Shown here: piece by piece, positions 29,878-40,257 of the stretch
Layout of the letters: each line of letters opens with the position of its first letter
Position numbering within the stretch: the first letter of the stretch is position 1
The notes under the pieces: model-generated
Database searches by the model: none
Seen by the model: the letters and a program-made list of their open reading frames with translations, nothing else
Told to the model about the DNA's origin: nothing
NCBI GenBank assembly: GCA_964291265.2
Contig: OZ219747.1
Location: 1,632,001 to 1,696,000 of the forward strand
Length of the DNA stretch: 64,000 nt
Direction of reading: 5' to 3'
DNA from: Alphaproteobacteria bacterium
Lineage (GTDB): Bacteria > Pseudomonadota > Alphaproteobacteria > SP197
Program-made: the position numbers and the translations under genes

Positions 29878-29905
29878 TCCGCCGCTCTCCGACCGCTAGG
29901 GAAGC

Positions 29906-29934
29906 GGCAGGGCGGGAACGCGCTCCGCCCTGCC
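29906..29934 (-). terminator. Intercistronic stem-loop between SBP and permease genes
   Basis: GGCAGGGCGG-9 nt-CCGCCCTGCC, perfect 10-bp stem. Confidence 0.55.
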
Positions 29935-29965
29935 ACGCTGCATCTCCGGCAGGGGCGCCGTAGCG

Positions 29966-31510
29966 TCAGCTGGTCGCCCAGCCGTATTGCCAGAAGCGCG
30001 GGATTTCATCCTGGTAGGGGATGAAGTTCAGCTCATCGCGATAGGCGTAGTTGCGGACATGGTTGAACATCGGCAGCCAGTAGACCTCGCGCGTGATCTT
30101 CTCGACGGCCTTGCGGTAGGCGGCCTTGCGCACCTCCGGGTCGGAACTGGTGTCGCCTTCCTCGAGCCAGGTCGCCACATCGTCGTCGAGCGCGAAGTCG
30201 TCCGGCCCCTTCTTGAAGAAGTGGCTCGTGATCGCCGACATGTCGTTCATGGAATAGGAGCCCCAGTCCATCAGGAACATCGGCGTCGTGCCCTCGTTGC
30301 GCTGTTTGTCGCGCAGCGCGAAGTAAGGCAGCTTGGTGAGTGTCGCCCTGATGCCGACCTTGGCCAGGTCGCCCATGATCGCTTCGGCCCAGTCCGCGGG
30401 GCGGAAGGTGTAGAAGTCGATGTCGAACCCGTCCGGATAGCCTGCCTCGGCGAGAAGCGCCCTGGCCTTTTCGGGATCGAACTCGTATCTGACAGCCGCC
30501 TCGGCGTCGCAGCCGAACTGGGTCGGGAAGCAGGGTGTGTGGATGACGTCGGCGTCGCCGCGGATCAGGTTCTTGACGAGGGCGGCGCGGTCGATCGCGT
30601 GGGCGATCGCCTGGCGGACCTTGAGCTTCGTGGTCGGCTCGAAATCGCCGCGTCCGGCGGCGTCGAAGCCGATATAGCCGGTGCGCATCGTGCCGGCCTG
30701 CAGGGCCTTGTAGCCCGGCACCTGGCCGATCTGGTCCACATGGTCGGCCGATATGTCGGCTGTCATGTCGATGCCGCCGGCCAGCAATTCGGCGATCTGG
30801 GTCTGCACGTCAGCGATCTCGCGCACGACCATCCTGGAAACCTGCGCCGCACCCTTCGGGCTGCCCCAGGTGTAGTCCTCGTTCCTCTCGAAGACATACT
30901 CCTCGGCGGTCTTGATCGAGACAACCTTCATCGGGCCCGTGCCGACCGGCTCCCGGCCCATGCCCTCGGGGCCGACCTCGGCGTAGTACTCGTTCGGATA
31001 AATCGTCAGCGGCCCCGACAGAAACTCGAAGGCCTGCGGGAACGGTTTCTTCATGTGCAGGTTGACGGTGTACCGGTCCACCTTCTCGGCCCGGTCGATC
31101 CAGTTGACGTTGCGCTGCGCCTTGACGCCGTTGTCCGGGTTCGAGACCCAGTTCAGCGTGAAGACCACGTCATCGGCGTCGAAGGGCTCGCCATTGTGGA
31201 ACTTGACGCCCTCACGCAGCTTGAATTTCCAGGTCGTGTCGTTCAGCAACTCCCAGCTCGTGGCCAGCAACGGCTTGTATTCGAAGGTCTTCGGTTCACG
31301 GTAGATGAGCTGATCCCAGACCATGCGGCTGAACCAGATGCCCGTCCGATTGGTGTTGTAATAGCTGTCAACATTCTCGATGGGGCCGGTCGCCCCCCAT
31401 GCGACGACCAGCGAATCGTCGTCCGGTGCGGCGGCTGCCGAGACCGCGATCATCGCCGCCCCTGCGATCGATGCTGCGGCACCCGCAAGTTTCCCGATAT
31501 TCATGCGCAT
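29966..31510 (-). CDS. Peptide/nickel-type ABC substrate-binding protein (family 5)
   Basis: Signal peptide; PLLATSWE, LREGVKFHNG, PVGTGP, VRQAIAHAIDR. Confidence 0.93.
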   Translation of the reverse strand: MRMNIGKLAGAAASIAGAAMIAVSAAAAPDDDSLVVAWGATGPIENVDSYYNTNRTGIWFSRMVWDQLIYREPKTFEYKPLLATSWELLNDTTWKFKLREGVKFHNGEPFDADDVVFTLNWVSNPDNGVKAQRNVNWIDRAEKVDRYTVNLHMKKPFPQAFEFLSGPLTIYPNEYYAEVGPEGMGREPVGTGPMKVVSIKTAEEYVFERNEDYTWGSPKGAAQVSRMVVREIADVQTQIAELLAGGIDMTADISADHVDQIGQVPGYKALQAGTMRTGYIGFDAAGRGDFEPTTKLKVRQAIAHAIDRAALVKNLIRGDADVIHTPCFPTQFGCDAEAAVRYEFDPEKARALLAEAGYPDGFDIDFYTFRPADWAEAIMGDLAKVGIRATLTKLPYFALRDKQRNEGTTPMFLMDWGSYSMNDMSAITSHFFKKGPDDFALDDDVATWLEEGDTSSDPEVRKAAYRKAVEKITREVYWLPMFNHVRNYAYRDELNFIPYQDEIPRFWQYGWATS

Positions 31511-31654
31511 CTTCTCCGTGTTTGGGGCCGACGGGTGGTTCTCGCGCGGTGTTCCTGACCATCAAGGCCTGTATCCGGCATGTGCCGACAGGCCGCCGCG
31601 CCCAAGCATCCCCACAGTCGTTGACGACATGGGACCTCCCGTCGGGGTTGCTGA

Positions 31655-31682
31655 ACGATACACCATCCCGCCCCCCTGTCAA
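31655..31682 (-). promoter_or_regulatory. Putative sigma70 promoter for the minus-strand ABC operon
   Basis: Minus strand TTGACA-16 nt-TATCGT about 150 bp upstream of the SBP start. Confidence 0.45.
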
Positions 31683-32072
31683 CGCGCGATTGGCCGTGTC
31701 TCGAAGCCCGGCGGGCGTGAACGGGACGCTCCGCGCCGCAGGTCTCGACCCAGACAGGCTGGCGCGGTTTCTGGGCCAGGCGGCGCTCCATGTCGATGTC
31801 GTGTTCGACCTCACTGCGCCGTTTCCCTTCCGGCAGCTCGCCAAGCCGTCCGGAACGAGTGGGCCCGTTCTCCGTGGTCCTGACTTGCGTCCATGCCGCG
31901 ACACCACCCGACGACGTGACCGTGAGGTGTGTCATGACACGAACCTGGTGAAGCACGGATCCCCGTGTCAACGGACGTCCGGTGACGCTGCTCCGCTACA
32001 CGAGACAGCCGCAACGCGCCGCTGCAGACGGCGGGCATGGCTGTTCCTCGCCGTTGCCGTGGTGTCCGGGGT

Positions 32073-33158
32073 TCAGGCGTCAAGGACGATGACGTTGCGC
32101 AGTGCTTCGCCGCGGTTGACCGCGGCGACAGCCTCGTTGATGTCGTCGAGGGGATAGGTGCTGGTGATGAGCTCATCGAGCTTGAGCCGGCCATCGCGAT
32201 AGAGGTCGATCAGCCGCGGCACATCCACCCGGAGCCTGGTCGAGCCCATCTTCGAGCCGAGGATACGCTGGCTGGAGCCGGCAATGGCCTGGGTCTCGAA
32301 GGAGGACATTTCACCAACCGCCGGCATGCCGACGATGACCGCCGTTCCTCCCGGACGGATCATGTCCATGGCCTCTTCCATGACCCTGGCATTGCCGACG
32401 GTGACGAAGACGTAATCGGCCCCGCGGCCATCGGTCAGGCGCCGCACAGCATCGCCGACATGACCCTCGGCGCCATTCACCGTTGCCGTGGCGCCGAAGG
32501 TGAGGGCCGATTCGAGCTTCTCGTCGAGGACATCCACGGCGATGACCTGGCGGGCGCCGCAGATGGCCGCCCCCTGGATACTGTTGAGACCGACCCCCCC
32601 GGCGCCGACGATGACAACGCTGCAGCCGGCGGGTATCCGCGCCGTTCGGGCAACGGCGCCAAAGCCGGTGATGACACCGCAGGCGAGGAGGGAGGTACTC
32701 GCTGGAGGCATGGACCGGGGCACCGTCACCACCTGTGAATGATGCACCACCACCTCTTCGGCAAAGGCGCCCGTACGCAGGCCCTGCAGGACCGGTGTGC
32801 CGTCCCTTCTCCTGAGACGTCCCTCGCGGTCCACGGGAAACACGGACTCGCAGACGTAGGGCATGCCCTGATCGCAGCAGGGACAGCTGCCGCAGGAACG
32901 AAGCAGGGTGACGATGACATGATCGCCCACGCCGGGATACTCGACCCCCGGTCCCGCCTCGCTCACCACACCGGCGCCCTCGTGGCCGTAAACGGCCGGC
33001 AACGCGCCGCCCCAGGCCCCGTCCATATAGTGGATGTCACTGTGACAGATGGCGCAGGCGGTGATTTTCACGCGAAGCTCGCCGGCCTGAGGCGGGTCAA
33101 GAACGAGGTCCTCGATGACAAGGGGCTCGCCGAAGGCGCGGCACACGGCGGCCTTCAC
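32073..33158 (-). CDS. Zn-dependent alcohol dehydrogenase (MDR), paralogue of 11961-13037
   Basis: CHSDIH, GHEGAG, CGSCPCC, GAGGVG. Confidence 0.93.
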   Translation of the reverse strand: MKAAVCRAFGEPLVIEDLVLDPPQAGELRVKITACAICHSDIHYMDGAWGGALPAVYGHEGAGVVSEAGPGVEYPGVGDHVIVTLLRSCGSCPCCDQGMPYVCESVFPVDREGRLRRRDGTPVLQGLRTGAFAEEVVVHHSQVVTVPRSMPPASTSLLACGVITGFGAVARTARIPAGCSVVIVGAGGVGLNSIQGAAICGARQVIAVDVLDEKLESALTFGATATVNGAEGHVGDAVRRLTDGRGADYVFVTVGNARVMEEAMDMIRPGGTAVIVGMPAVGEMSSFETQAIAGSSQRILGSKMGSTRLRVDVPRLIDLYRDGRLKLDELITSTYPLDDINEAVAAVNRGEALRNVIVLDA

Positions 33159-33184
33159 GGCGCGGCCTCCTCAGACGACGACCG

Positions 33185-34276
33185 TCACCCTCCGGCACGG
33201 ACCTCCTGATAGAGGTTCTCGTACTTGCTCTCGAACTCGGGCTCGAGGGCAGGGAAGAAGACCGTGTTGGCGATCAGCGACTCCGGATCGGAAAAGCCGA
33301 GCTGGTCGAGACGCTCCCGGGGCACGAGGTCGTAGGCAGCAAGGTTGGCGCTGCCGTACCCGTAGTTGTCAATCAGCCAGGCGCCTGATTCGGGAGAGAT
33401 CCAGGCGTCGATGTAGGTGTAGACGGCCTCGAGGTCCGTCGCGTCCTTGTGGATGATGAAGCCCGAACCCCAGGCGAAGATCCCCTCCTTGGGCACCATG
33501 TAGCCGACGGGAATGTTCTCGTTCTGCAGGTTCACGAAAGACTGGTTCCACGAATAGGCGGCGACGATCTCGCCGGCGGCGATGGCCTGCTCCATCAGCG
33601 TGACGTCTGACCAGTAGAAGCGTGTCAGGTCGCGCTGTTTCGCCATCAGTTCCTGAACCTCGGCGAGCTGGTCGTCCGACAGTGTCCACAGGTTCTCGTA
33701 TCCCAGCACGAGAGCGGAGACCGCAACGGTGGCGGGCGCCGTGTCGTACCAGGCGAGGCGGTTCCTGTAGCGCTCGTCGTAGAGAATCCGCCAGGAGTTC
33801 TCTTCGAGATACTCCTCGTCAACCAGGTCGGTGCGATAGACCAGCGACGAGTTGCCGAACTCGGCTGGCACGAACCAGCGGGTGCCATCGATGATGGCCC
33901 CGTCGATCTCGGCAATGCCGGGAGCGATGGTCGACCAGTTGGAGAGCCGGCTGGTGTCGATCGGCTGGATCAGTCCGGCATCGTAGTACCGCTGGATCAT
34001 GTAGTTTCCAGGATGGATGAAGTCGGGGGCGAAGCCGCCGCGGATCTTCTCGAAGGACTCGTCGTCCGATGCGATGTAGCTGAACTCGGGCGGCCCGCCG
34101 TACTTCTCGATGTAGCCACCCATCAGCTCGGGGAGATCATAACCGGCCCATGTGTGACCGGAGATCTCTCCGGCGGCACGGGCACTGCGCGACAGGATCG
34201 GCCAGCTCACGATGCCCACGCCGACCGCGGCCATGGCCCTTGCCAGTTCGCGCCTGTTCATGGTTACGTCCTTCAT
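33185..34276 (-). CDS. PotD/PotF-like polyamine-type ABC substrate-binding protein with TAT signal
   Basis: AAGGAGG RBS; NRRELARA twin-arginine leader; TWAGY, IQPIDTSRLSNW, PKEG..W. Confidence 0.85.
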   Translation of the reverse strand: MKDVTMNRRELARAMAAVGVGIVSWPILSRSARAAGEISGHTWAGYDLPELMGGYIEKYGGPPEFSYIASDDESFEKIRGGFAPDFIHPGNYMIQRYYDAGLIQPIDTSRLSNWSTIAPGIAEIDGAIIDGTRWFVPAEFGNSSLVYRTDLVDEEYLEENSWRILYDERYRNRLAWYDTAPATVAVSALVLGYENLWTLSDDQLAEVQELMAKQRDLTRFYWSDVTLMEQAIAAGEIVAAYSWNQSFVNLQNENIPVGYMVPKEGIFAWGSGFIIHKDATDLEAVYTYIDAWISPESGAWLIDNYGYGSANLAAYDLVPRERLDQLGFSDPESLIANTVFFPALEPEFESKYENLYQEVRAGG

Positions 34277-34347
34277 GATCATCCTCCTTGAGAGTCCGGC
34301 TCGCAGGACTTCCCGCGATGGGTTCCTGAACATGGCCGTTGCAAATC

Positions 34348-34422
34348 TGGAGCGGGCGATGGGATTCGAACCCACGACCCCAACCTTGGCAAGGTTGTGC
34401 TCTACCCCTGAGCTACGCCCGC
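34348..34422 (-). tRNA. tRNA-Gly (GCC)
   Basis: Reverse complement GCGGGCGTAGCTCAGGGGTAGAGCACAACCTTGCCAAGGTTGGGGTCGTGGGTTCGAATCCCATCGCCCGCTCCA; cloverleaf, GCC anticodon, encoded CCA. Confidence 0.98.
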
Positions 34423-34533
34423 CCGCTCACACTCCGTCTCTACACCAGGCTTGCCGGCGATCGCAAGCACATTGCGCAGGGTGGGCCGTGGAGCGAAGAT
34501 GGGACGCGAGGCAGGATCCGGAGAGTGCCGTTC

Positions 34534-35385
34534 ATGAGCGCTGCGAGGTCGAGACGCAGTTTCATCTTCATGCCTGGCCTCAAGCCCGGGATGTTCCCCA
34601 AGGCGGTCTCGTCGGGTGCCGATATCGTCTGCATCGATCTCGAGGATGCGATCCACCCGCGCGACAAGGCGCGTGCGCGGGAACGCACCTTCGAGCTCTT
34701 CGCGTCGCGCCCCGATGCCGGCGCAGCCGAAGTGGTCCTGCGGATCAACTCCCTGACCTCGGACGAGGGCCTCATGGATCTCGCCGCCGTGATCGACGCC
34801 GGCCGGTGCGGTCCTCCCTCACTGATGCTCCCCAAGGTGGCCAACCGGGAGCAGGTTGCCCTCGTCGCCGACCATCTCGATGCGGCCGGACTCGATACCA
34901 CGCTGCACGTCATCATCGAATCCGCCGCAGGCCTGGAAAACGCCGCTGCCATCGCGCGGTCGGGTTCGCGGCTGCAGTCGCTCTTCTTCGGCGCCGTCGA
35001 CTATTCCTCCGACATCGGAGCCAGCAACACCTGGGAGGCGATGCTCTTCGCGCGTTCCAGGGTCGTCCAGGCGGCGGCCCTGGCCGGTCTTGACGCCATC
35101 GACGTCCCCTGGCTCGACCTTGACGATGAGGCCGGCATGAAGGCCGAAGCCGAGGCGAGCCGGGCAACCGGCTTCGTCGGCAAGGGCGCCATTCACCCAC
35201 GCCAGATCCCCGTCATCCACGAGGTGTTCAGTCCGTCTCCCGGCGACATCGAGGAGGCGCGACGCATCGTGGAAGCCTTTGACGAGGCCGCTACGGGTCT
35301 TGTGGTGATCGACGGCAAGCTCATCGAACGCCCCGTCCTGCGGGCCATGGAGCGCATTCTCGAACAGGCCCGGCGCATGGGCTGA
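34534..35385 (+). CDS. CitE/HpcH family CoA-ester lyase (citrate lyase beta / malyl-CoA lyase-like)
   Basis: RRSFIFMPG, DLEDAI, LRINS, IIESAAG, GKGAIHPRQI. Confidence 0.9.
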   Translation: MSAARSRRSFIFMPGLKPGMFPKAVSSGADIVCIDLEDAIHPRDKARARERTFELFASRPDAGAAEVVLRINSLTSDEGLMDLAAVIDAGRCGPPSLMLPKVANREQVALVADHLDAAGLDTTLHVIIESAAGLENAAAIARSGSRLQSLFFGAVDYSSDIGASNTWEAMLFARSRVVQAAALAGLDAIDVPWLDLDDEAGMKAEAEASRATGFVGKGAIHPRQIPVIHEVFSPSPGDIEEARRIVEAFDEAATGLVVIDGKLIERPVLRAMERILEQARRMG

Positions 35386-35437
35386 CTTCGGTCCGGGCGG
35401 GCGGCATGATGAAGCGAACTGATCACGGAGTGACTCC

Positions 35438-36067
35438 ATGGCCTCAGAGATTGTGTTTTACACGCACCCCACGTCGCGCGGACGTATCGTGCGCTGGATG
35501 CTGGAGGAAATCGGTGTCGACTACACGACCGAAATCGTCGAATACGGCCAGCCGATGAAGTCCTCCGACTACCTGGCGATCAATCCCATGGGCAAGGTTC
35601 CGGCACTCAGGCACGGTGACGCGGTCGTCACGGAGGCAGCGGCCATCTGCGCCCACCTCGGCGATGCTTTCCCCGAGGCCGGTCTGGCACCCGCTGCGGG
35701 TGCCCGCGGCGCCTACTACCGGTGGCTCTTCTTCGGCGCCGGACCGCTTGAAGCCTCCACCACGAACCGGCACTTCGGATTCACGGTGCCAGACGACGGT
35801 GTCGGCATGATCGGCTACGGAACCTGGGAGCATGTCATGGATGTTCTCGACGAGGCTCTCGCCGGGGGCGGTTACATCGCCGGCGAGGATTTCTCGGCGG
35901 CGGACATCTACATCGGCTGTCAGGTCGGCTGGGGCATGCACTACGGAACCGTGGACAAGCGCCCGGCCTTCGAGGATTACTGGGCCAGACTGAGCGCCCG
36001 GGAGGCCTGCCGCCGCGCCACGGCCATGGATGACGAGCTGATGGCCGACGCCAAGTCGCCATTCTAG
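35438..36067 (+). CDS. Glutathione S-transferase family protein
   Basis: [29 protein letters not shown]. Confidence 0.93.
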   Translation: MASEIVFYTHPTSRGRIVRWMLEEIGVDYTTEIVEYGQPMKSSDYLAINPMGKVPALRHGDAVVTEAAAICAHLGDAFPEAGLAPAAGARGAYYRWLFFGAGPLEASTTNRHFGFTVPDDGVGMIGYGTWEHVMDVLDEALAGGGYIAGEDFSAADIYIGCQVGWGMHYGTVDKRPAFEDYWARLSAREACRRATAMDDELMADAKSPF

Positions 36068-36075
36068 AATCGGCG

Positions 36076-37182
36076 ATGATCATCACCCGCCTGGAGACGT
36101 TCTCCGATCGCTGGGTCGGCTTCGTGAAGGTGACGACCGATACCGGCGACGAGGGCTGGGGTCAGATGTCGACCTACAACGCCGACATCACGACCGCGGT
36201 CTTCCACCGCCAGGTGGCGCCCCACGCCCTCGGGCACGACGCCCGGGACTTTGGCCCGCTCATCGATCTGATACCCCTGCGCGAGCACAAGTTCCCGGGA
36301 TCCTATCTCAGGCGCGCCTTGGCCGGTCTCGATACCGCACTGTGGGACCTCGCCGGAAAGCTCGAGGCGAAGCCGGTCACCGGCCTGATCGGCGGCGTTC
36401 CTGGCCCGTTGCGTGCCTATGCAAGCTCGATGAAACGGCGGATTTCGCCCCATGACGAGGCGGAGCGGCTGTGCCGTCTGCGTGACGAGAAGGGGTTCGA
36501 TGCCTTCAAGTTCCGGGTTGGCGCCGAATGCGGCTGCGATGTGGACGAGTGGCCCGGTCGCACGGAGGAGATCGTGCCCGTCGTGTCGCGGGCCCTCGGC
36601 GACGGCGTGGCGCGCCTGGTCGATGCCAACTCCGGATTTTCCCCGGCGCGGGCCATCGAGGTCGGGACCATGCTGGAGGGGGAAGGAGTCTCCCACTTCG
36701 AGGAGCCGTGCCCCTACTGGGAGATCGACGAAACGCGCGAGGTGACGAGGGCGCTCGCGGTCGACGTCACGGGCGGGGAACAGGATTGCGACCTGGCCCA
36801 GTGGCGGCGCATCATCGACACCCGTGCCGTCGACATCGTGCAGCCCGACATCATGTACATGGGCGGGCTGACGCGTGCCCTCGAGGTGGCACGCATGGCG
36901 GCGGCGGCAGGGCTGCCCTGCACGCCGCACTGCGCCAACCTGACCCTCGTGACCATCTGCACCATGCATCTCCTTCCCGCCCTCACCAACGCCGGGAAGT
37001 ACCTGGAGTTCTCCATCGAGGGCGCCGACTACTATCCCTGGCAGCAGGGCCTCTTTGTCGGCGATCCCTTCCGGATCGAGGACGGCAAGGTGAGCGTGCC
37101 GGACGCTCCGGGCTGGGGCGTGGACATTCACCCGGACTGGCTGGCGCGGGCCGGCTACCTGGAGAGTTCCCTGGAATCCTGA
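36076..37182 (+). CDS. Mandelate racemase/muconate lactonizing enzyme family protein
   Basis: [38 protein letters not shown]. Confidence 0.92.
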   Translation: MIITRLETFSDRWVGFVKVTTDTGDEGWGQMSTYNADITTAVFHRQVAPHALGHDARDFGPLIDLIPLREHKFPGSYLRRALAGLDTALWDLAGKLEAKPVTGLIGGVPGPLRAYASSMKRRISPHDEAERLCRLRDEKGFDAFKFRVGAECGCDVDEWPGRTEEIVPVVSRALGDGVARLVDANSGFSPARAIEVGTMLEGEGVSHFEEPCPYWEIDETREVTRALAVDVTGGEQDCDLAQWRRIIDTRAVDIVQPDIMYMGGLTRALEVARMAAAAGLPCTPHCANLTLVTICTMHLLPALTNAGKYLEFSIEGADYYPWQQGLFVGDPFRIEDGKVSVPDAPGWGVDIHPDWLARAGYLESSLES

Positions 37183-37195
37183 TCCGCGAGGGTCG

Positions 37196-38176
37196 TCAGG
37201 CTTGCGTCGGCAACTCGTCGACGAAGCGGTCGAAACTGGCGATGAAGGCCGCGAGATCCTCTCCGGCATGGCGCGGGATCATGTCTTCCGGCGCACCCCG
37301 CACTTCCAGACCGGGCCAGGGTGCGACGACGGCATCCTCGTCGGGAACGGCGAAGAAGCCGATGGAATAGCGCTCGCGGTCGCGCGGCGGGTGGATGCGG
37401 TGCATGGTCGAGGCAAAGCGCCCGCCCGACCAGACTTCCAGCTCGTTGCCGATGTTGACGACCAGGCAGTCCTGCTGGTGCGGTATGTCGAGCCACCTGC
37501 CGTCCGGGCTCTCGACCTGCAGTCCGCCGACCTCTCCCGGCAGGAGGATCGTGAGCACGTTCGTGTCCCGGTGGGGCAGGACGTCGTCGGGCGGCAGTTC
37601 CATGGCCTCGGGACGCGCCGGATAGTGGAGCAGGGAAATGTTGGTGAGATGCCGGCGAAAGGACCGGGTGAAGGCGTCCTCGTCCAGGTCGAGCGCCATG
37701 GCAAAGGCCTCGAGCAGGCGATGCGTCACGGTCGTTGCGTGATCGAAGTAGGTGGTGATGGCGTCACGGAAGTCGTCCGGGGTGTCGGGCCAGAGATTGG
37801 CCGCGTAGAGATGGGGTCGGGTTCCCTTCACGGGGTCGTTCACCACCTTCTCGTCACCGGCGAAGAAGGCTTCGTAGCGCGGCCTTGGAACACGCGGGTC
37901 ACGCTGTTCGGCAAACGGCATGACGGGGCTGTATCCACGGTAGATTCCGGACGGACGCACGCACTTCAGCTTGGTCGCCGTGTCCTGGGCAAAGAAGCGC
38001 CGGGTGGCGTCGACGGCGCCCTCCATGACAGGGCGCGGGATGCCGTGGCCACTGACCGAAAGGAACCCGAGGGTCTCGCAGCGCCGGCCGATCTCGTGCG
38101 CCAGCCGGCGCCGTGCCGCGGCGCCGTCCGACCACAGGGCCGACATGTCGATGGCGGGCAGGACCATATCGTTCAT
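37196..38176 (-). CDS. Isopenicillin N synthase-like Fe(II)/2OG oxygenase
   Basis: LPAIDM, GFLSVSGHGI, NLWP, HRD (HxD), GGLQV, STMHR, RYS motif. Confidence 0.9.
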   Translation of the reverse strand: MNDMVLPAIDMSALWSDGAAARRRLAHEIGRRCETLGFLSVSGHGIPRPVMEGAVDATRRFFAQDTATKLKCVRPSGIYRGYSPVMPFAEQRDPRVPRPRYEAFFAGDEKVVNDPVKGTRPHLYAANLWPDTPDDFRDAITTYFDHATTVTHRLLEAFAMALDLDEDAFTRSFRRHLTNISLLHYPARPEAMELPPDDVLPHRDTNVLTILLPGEVGGLQVESPDGRWLDIPHQQDCLVVNIGNELEVWSGGRFASTMHRIHPPRDRERYSIGFFAVPDEDAVVAPWPGLEVRGAPEDMIPRHAGEDLAAFIASFDRFVDELPTQA

Positions 38177-38268
38177 GGAGAGCACCGGGGCATGTTCGCC
38201 AGCGAGTATAGCCGCCGCTCGGAGGTCTTCAATGTCGGCGGCCTGCCGGCCGCGCCATGACCTCCGGC

Positions 38269-39360
38269 ATGGGAACGTGGATCAGGTCGCCGCTGGCCAT
38301 TCTCGTCGACGACTGCGAGACCGGTGTCGTCTTCGAGGGTGGGAGGATCGTCGCGTGCCTGGCACGGGGCTCGACCCCTTCGCGTCGATGCGACGGTGTC
38401 GTCGATGCCTTCCGCCGCGTGGCCATGGCGGGGCCGGACAAAGCCCATCACTCCTGCAATCAGACGCTGATGCTCGCCCGTGCCCTCGATCGCGGCCCTC
38501 AGGCGCGCTGATGACTTCTGACGCGGGAATCGACGAACCTCGCCGAAGAGGAAGTGGGCTTGCCGCAACGGAGCATCGTCGAGGACCGTGACGCCATTCT
38601 CGCCGACAGCGAACGGATGATCGACACTCTCCACAACAGATCCGAGGGGGGCTTCGCGCAGATCGCCCTGACACCCTCCTCCCCCTTCTCGGTCACCCCC
38701 GGCCGAAGAGAAGGGGGCTCGGCTCCACACCCACCTCGGTCAAACCCTGGTCGAGAACCGGTTCCGCGAAGAGATGGTCGGGCGCCGCCCGTTCGACCAT
38801 GTCGAAGACCTTGGCTGGCTCACCGCACGGCGTGGTTCGCCCACGGCATCCACTTCACCGACGACGAGATCTCCAGGGTGGGCGGGATCGACCACGGCAT
38901 GGCTTGCTGTCCGGAACTCGACATGATCCTGTGATCGGAGCCGAGCCGCGCGCCCGAACGCGAGGAGGCCGGATCTCCCGTGGGCATCGGCGTCGTCGGT
39001 TCCGCGTACGAGGACGCGTCGCACATGATCCAGGCGGTGCGTATGCGCTGCAGGCCGAACGCCTGCGCCATGGAGTCCTGAGGTGAGCCACCGGGATGTG
39101 CTGCGCTGGCCCACGCAGGGTTACTCTGCATGCCCGGGGCGCGACGACATCGACCGGATCGAAGCGGCACACCAGGCCGGCCCGGCGCCCTTCACGCTTG
39201 ATGAGCCACGGTTCTCCGGTCCCACGATCCGCTGGCCGTCGTGGTGCTGTGCCGCGCTCGACGGCCGATCGGGTCATGGCGGCCAGCCGGCGGCTCAGTC
39301 ATCGACGGCGACATCGTCGATCCCGAACACCTGATGACTCGGCTTGTTCACTCCTGGCCA
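38269..39360 (+). pseudogene. Eroded 8-oxoguanine deaminase-like amidohydrolase pseudogene
   Basis: Ordered fragments across frames: WIRSPLAIL..; HHSCNQTL (HxH decayed); GLPQRSIVED..ILADSER..IALTPSSPFSVT; WFAHGIHFTDDEI; SPVGIGVVGSA; VSHRDVLRWPTQG; FTLDEPRFSG; HDPLA. Stops, frameshifts and deletions present. Confidence 0.8.
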
Positions 39361-39381
39361 AGGCCGACCCTTGTGGTCATC

Positions 39382-40254
39382 TCACGTGCTCTTGGCGGTC
39401 GTGCCTCCGGTCCACCGGCGGTTCCCCTCCGCCACGCCGGAAAAGTAGGCCCCGGCGCGCTCCCCGGTCACCTCATGCCACAGGGCGATTGCCTCCGGTG
39501 CGGCGTCCTTGCGGGGCCTTGGGATCGGCATGTAGTGGCCGAAGGCGTCCTCCCCGCAGACGAGCTGTGCATGGTCGCGTTCAAGGACCACCGACCGCAT
39601 CGCCGGCGTGGCAAAACGCACCACCAGTCCGACGCGTCGGTGCGGGGACCGATTGGGCTCGGATGCATGCATGGTGAGACCGTGGTGAACGGACATTTCA
39701 CCGGCCTTGAGTGCACCGAGTCTCGCCTCGCTCTCGTCCACATCCCACCTCGCGTTCTGACCCCGGGTCAAGAGATTGTCGGTCTCGAAGGTGTCCTCGT
39801 GGTCGACGAGGCCAGCGCGGTGTGATCCGGGAAGGAAGCGCATGCATCCCATGGCGCCGGTGGCGTCCGTGAGGGCGATCCACGCGGTGACGGCGTCGTG
39901 GGAATCGACGCCCCAGTAGCGAAGATCCTGGTGCCAGCTGACGTATCCCGGCGAGTGGGCCTCCTTGATGAAGACATCGCTGTCCCAGACGATGAGATCG
40001 TCGCCGAGGAGTTGACGCACCACCTCGAGAACGCGCGGGTGACGCACCATGTCGTCGACCGCGCGCATGACGATGTGGCTCCCCGTGCGGAACATCTCGG
40101 CCACCGGCAGGTTGTCGGCATGGTTTCGCGCAAACGCGTCGACCCTCTCAAGGACAGCGGCAGCCGCATCCGCCTCGAGAACCCTTGCACCGGTGATGAA
40201 GCCGTCGCGCCGGAAGGCGTCGGCAGTCGCCGAACTCCCCATGTCATCCATCAC
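39382..40254 (-). CDS. PhyH family Fe(II)/2OG dioxygenase
   Basis: FRRDGF, VSWHQDLRYW, MRFLPGSH, MHASEPNRS..RRVG. Confidence 0.9.
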   Translation of the reverse strand: MMDDMGSSATADAFRRDGFITGARVLEADAAAAVLERVDAFARNHADNLPVAEMFRTGSHIVMRAVDDMVRHPRVLEVVRQLLGDDLIVWDSDVFIKEAHSPGYVSWHQDLRYWGVDSHDAVTAWIALTDATGAMGCMRFLPGSHRAGLVDHEDTFETDNLLTRGQNARWDVDESEARLGALKAGEMSVHHGLTMHASEPNRSPHRRVGLVVRFATPAMRSVVLERDHAQLVCGEDAFGHYMPIPRPRKDAAPEAIALWHEVTGERAGAYFSGVAEGNRRWTGGTTAKST

Positions 40255-40257
40255 GCG

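Noticed and set aside
34348-34422. tRNA-Gly as an integration site
   Set aside because: No integrase nearby, and I did not see a duplicated tRNA 3' end in the window (manual scan only).
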